A stretch of DNA of 64,000 nt, from positions 17,360,001 to 17,424,000 of the forward strand of contig OX597823.1 of the NCBI GenBank assembly GCA_951406725.2, read 5' to 3'. Positions 63,812 through 64,000 of the stretch are shown in pieces. This stretch comes from Octopus vulgaris. Its lineage: Eukaryota. Made by a program: the position numbers and the translations under genes. Positions within the stretch are counted from its first letter, which is position 1. Each line of letters opens with the position of its first letter. The notes beneath the pieces were generated by a model. The model was not told the DNA's origin. It saw nothing but the letters and a program-made list of their open reading frames with translations, and ran no database searches.

Positions 63812-64000
63812 ACATACATACATACATACATACATACATACATACATACATACATACATACATACATACATACATACATACATACATACATACATACATA
63901 CATACATACATACATACAAACATACATACATTCATACATACATACATACATACATACATACATACATACATACATACATACATACATTCATACATACATA
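63812..64000 (+). repeat. (TACA)n microsatellite
   Basis: Direct reading. Confidence 0.97.

Overview
AT-rich, microsatellite-dense eukaryotic DNA with no recognisable intact protein-coding gene. Nearly all ORFs in the supplied track are translations of simple repeats or SINEs. From recall rather than any search, the repeat families look like those of an octopus (coleoid cephalopod) genome, probably intronic or intergenic; the window starts with GTAAGT. Contents: dozens of tRNA-derived SINE copies from about four families, many as head-to-tail multimers; decayed non-LTR retrotransposons (R4/Dong x3-4, CRE, CR1, Tx1/L1-like); decayed DNA transposons (Tc1, maT/DD37D, mariner, pogo); four copies of a GG-ended MITE with 8-bp TSDs and internal CCCTAA repeats; a 9-bp-TSD MITE; a non-autonomous Helitron; and a ~2.3-kb tandem segmental duplication. 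The most notable signal is a set of short fold-back (inverted-repeat) elements lying in microsatellites, together with four minimal type I hammerhead ribozyme motifs (14728, 25265, 31405, 50180). Two of these lie inside fold-back loops and two share an A6U core variant, which points to Penelope-like retroelement derivatives. Other highlights are a SINE flanked by a 200-bp duplication, SINE multimers with recurrent fixed junctions, and a template-switch palindrome in an R4 endonuclease relic. Coordinates were counted by eye and may be off by a few bases, more for degraded elements.
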